DNA from: an uncultured virus (IMG/VR IMGVR_UViG_3300023180_000044)
Taxonomy: Duplodnaviria; Heunggongvirae; Uroviricota; Caudoviricetes
Direction: 5' to 3' (one strand)
IMG/VR virus record: IMGVR_UViG_3300023180_000044
Length of the DNA stretch: 64,000 bases
Shown: positions 62,901 to 64,000 of the stretch, one piece after another
Layout: the number at the start of each line of letters is the position of its first letter
Numbering within the stretch: the stretch's first letter is position 1
Notes under the pieces: generated by a model
Database searches by the model: none
Told to the model about the DNA's origin: nothing
The model's input: only the letters and a program-made list of their open reading frames with translations
Made by a program: the position numbers and the translations under genes

Positions 62901-64000
62901 TCATAACAATCATTTGCAGGTGGAGTTGCACTCGGTGTTTGTGTCGGTGTTGGTGTTTGAGTATGACTAGGTGTCGGGGTCGGACTCGGCGTTATAAAAT
63001 CTTGCGGACACACCACATCAATGGCATCCAAGAAATTACCTCCCGCCTCTGATGAAGTTGCTGAAAACACTAGACTATAATCTGTCTCAGTCGCGGTGAA
63101 ATTAACTGCATTTAGAGTCCATGAACCTGTTAAACCTGTATATTCATTAGGGAAGAAATTCAAACCACTTGTTGCACCACTAAGACCTACTCTTAACGTA
63201 TTATCAAAACCTGTCCTACCTCTATGGGCAAACTGAACTTGATAATCGGTCCCGTTAACCGCTGTAAATGTTTGATATAATGATTGAGGGTCAGATGACT
63301 GAGCATTAATCTCTGCGAAATGTGTTCCTTCATATGCCGGAACCCCAAGAAATCCTGAAGCCCATATTTCAATAACATTTGACGAATCTGTCGTATTCCA
63401 ACCAGGTATACAATCTTCAGGGTAGAAGTGGGAGTTTGTAGTTCCAATACAATCAGCACCAACACAACCCGGAGGACACGGTCCCAAATCTGACATAAAG
63501 ATATCAAATGAAGGGTTAATTAACCTACTACATGGTGTGGTAGGTGTTGGCGTTTGTGCCGGTGTTCCCGCAGGTGTTGAACTTGGTGTATATGTTGGTG
63601 TTTGAGTAGGAGTTTCAGTGTATGTCGGACTCGGAGTATATGTCGGCGTTGGCGTTTGCGTTCCTCCACCTGTTGAACTCGGAGTATGTGTCGGTGTTTG
63701 TGTTGGCGTCTCCGTAGGAGTTTCAGTATATGTTGGACTCGGAGTATATGTCGGTGTTGGCGTTTGTGTCCACGTTTGTGAAGGGGTATGTGTCGGTGTT
63801 GGTCTAGGTGTATCAGTATTTGAAGGTGTCGGCGTTGGTGTAGTTTCTTCACAAACACATGAACCATTTCGAGTCACAGTAACGAGAGCACTACCTATAA
63901 CACGAGGAGTAGAACACGAACAAACTCTGATTGTCTGAGCAGCAGATAATGTTATTTGAATTGTAGTATTGGTGTGATTATTACCTGAAAAACACTCACT
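59954..64000 (-). CDS. Large adhesin-like protein: Cys module, T/P tracts, jelly-roll-like domain, SprB-like repeats, C-terminal vWA-like domain (N-terminus outside the window)
   Basis: The frame stays open from the track start 63877 to 64000 ([18 protein letters not shown]...). YTYLWSNG...[11 protein letters not shown] repeats; FDNSGSM MIDAS-like motif. Confidence 0.8.
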   Translation of the reverse strand, partial: SECFSGNNHTNTTIQITLSAAQTIRVCSCSTPRVIGSALVTVTRNGSCVCEETTPTPTPSNTDTPRPTPTHTPSQTWTQTPTPTYTPSPTYTETPTETPTQTPTHTPSSTGGGTQTPTPTYTPSPTYTETPTQTPTYTPSSTPAGTPAQTPTPTTPCSRLINPSFDIFMSDLGPCPPGCVGADCIGTTNSHFYPEDCIPGWNTTDSSNVIEIWASGFLGVPAYEGTHFAEINAQSSDPQSLYQTFTAVNGTDYQVQFAHRGRTGFDNTLRVGLSGATSGLNFFPNEYTGLTGSWTLNAVNFTATETDYSLVFSATSSEAGGNFLDAIDVVCPQDFITPSPTPTPSHTQTPTPTQTPSATPPANDCYEGSTNGSYFYIDCCGFYQSGNSIGDAVTIDTSFNYSGITVNFTPTTQDCNYGPIQYDLIVSGTCDNPSGGEIIITPTQGVPPFSIVNSVPGTLPNSTSYYPFEFTGLTEGNYVFTLTDSASPNQTALISVWVDGCLDAIIDDYSGTTCSQDNGYLSVSGDSLSIPQNIELFKDSVSYTTVNLVNNPYSFNNLPNGDYYAIVTDFGGATAQTQTVTISGTSTLDFGLSGQSTSQCGFNTGEAGITGLTGQPPYTYLWSNGATGDTITGLSVGSYSVTVTDANDCQLTKSIAINSDNALGELSVNVVAANCLSADGEIEVNISGGTAPYLYQGSDGQSGTSSNTTFTFTGLSTGGYDVLVTDDYGCQLLIQSAIPSLGGIESVNWNLAYINCGSEATLTVYLQGDGNPFTYKLSGQTNGYQSTITSSNLNQQFPNLTDDTYTLTIESARGCVYSEDIVVSVTPKFTVSATTVDESCGNLNGSATITVGAGYTSPLDYILSNGQVLLDVGFSSYTFNNLPQGTYTIRVVDGDNCSIEENFVISGTPGVTVSIAKEECTPQSAATLTAQPVSGVAPFTYLWSNGNTTQSITGLGAGTYSVTVTDANGCSGTTSSTVLCTNQNIGDYQLVQVCEDQFTTTYTKRSIHSMLNEGFLDISSGSTNCVLVSAIFNYVIEFSGNTYEGPFYTGYTLNDYPSDSLWGETIEGVLSGITGIGHVEVDVFENTISITGECSSNERLTIDLKIDYVIDCGLPPMEVDEETEINIFFDNSGSMTSTETPLNIMASTILKPCLLPFYGNDSRLYDQRVRVRNFSDISNSYERGYKLLATEGSSPAITKVINLVFQDEASPPYIFSAKTWTNETERTESFNEDITTLRSVIENNNSNYIRGEYFQVNRPNDNPDNPLGLAFKTLLQSVENGEGQYVGEYGLSGKTQIHNTYDVVNGDTAQYYTNLIITALNNLGYNIPICNETPGDAETVFMFVPNLP

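Noticed and set aside
38463..63938. Plus-strand Val/Gly-rich ORFs (e.g. 39063-39710, 52025-52696, 58678-59226)
   Set aside because: Antisense shadows of Thr/Pro/Ser-rich codons in the real minus-strand genes.
1..64000. Stop-codon reassignment as in some huge phages
   Set aside because: Long intact ORFs tile the window in the standard code, and TAA, TAG and TGA all end genes at sensible boundaries.
1..64000. Giant eukaryotic virus origin suggested by PLOD/GT60/EF-hand genes
   Set aside because: Sigma70, DnaG-type primase, SbcCD, an amidase, coupled operons, intrinsic terminators and tail-fibre genes indicate a bacteriophage.

Overview
AT-rich, gene-dense segment of a large (jumbo/huge) tailed dsDNA phage, almost all on the minus strand and using the standard code. 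The host is probably a Bacteroidota: there are TAnnTTTG-type promoters, no obvious Shine-Dalgarno sites, a Bacteroidota-type Hc1 protein, a DUF6576-like motif and SprB-like repeats. The left half (1-33.6 kb) holds a large COLGALT/PLOD-like glycosyltransferase with a methyltransferase inserted into it (missed by the ORF track), DNA methylases including a putative type II R-M cassette bounded by direct repeats, DnaJ, a sigma70 factor, a possible lysis block, E-rich candidate head-internal proteins, dCMP deaminase, a sugar epimerase, SbcC/SbcD, two PLOD-type 2OG-Fe(II) hydroxylases, an exonuclease, primase and a RuvC-like resolvase. The right half (33.6-64 kb) holds tail/fibre genes, four of them with mucin-like Thr/Pro tracts. 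A four-gene operon (GT60 polypeptide GlcNAc-transferase, carbamoyltransferase, two HtrL/WlaTC-type glycosyltransferases) and a trypsin-like protease sit in the middle of these genes. The best candidate for a new system is a phage-encoded, eukaryote-like protein hydroxylation/O-glycosylation pathway acting on mucin-like virion appendages. Family calls come from motifs recognised by eye; no database search was run.
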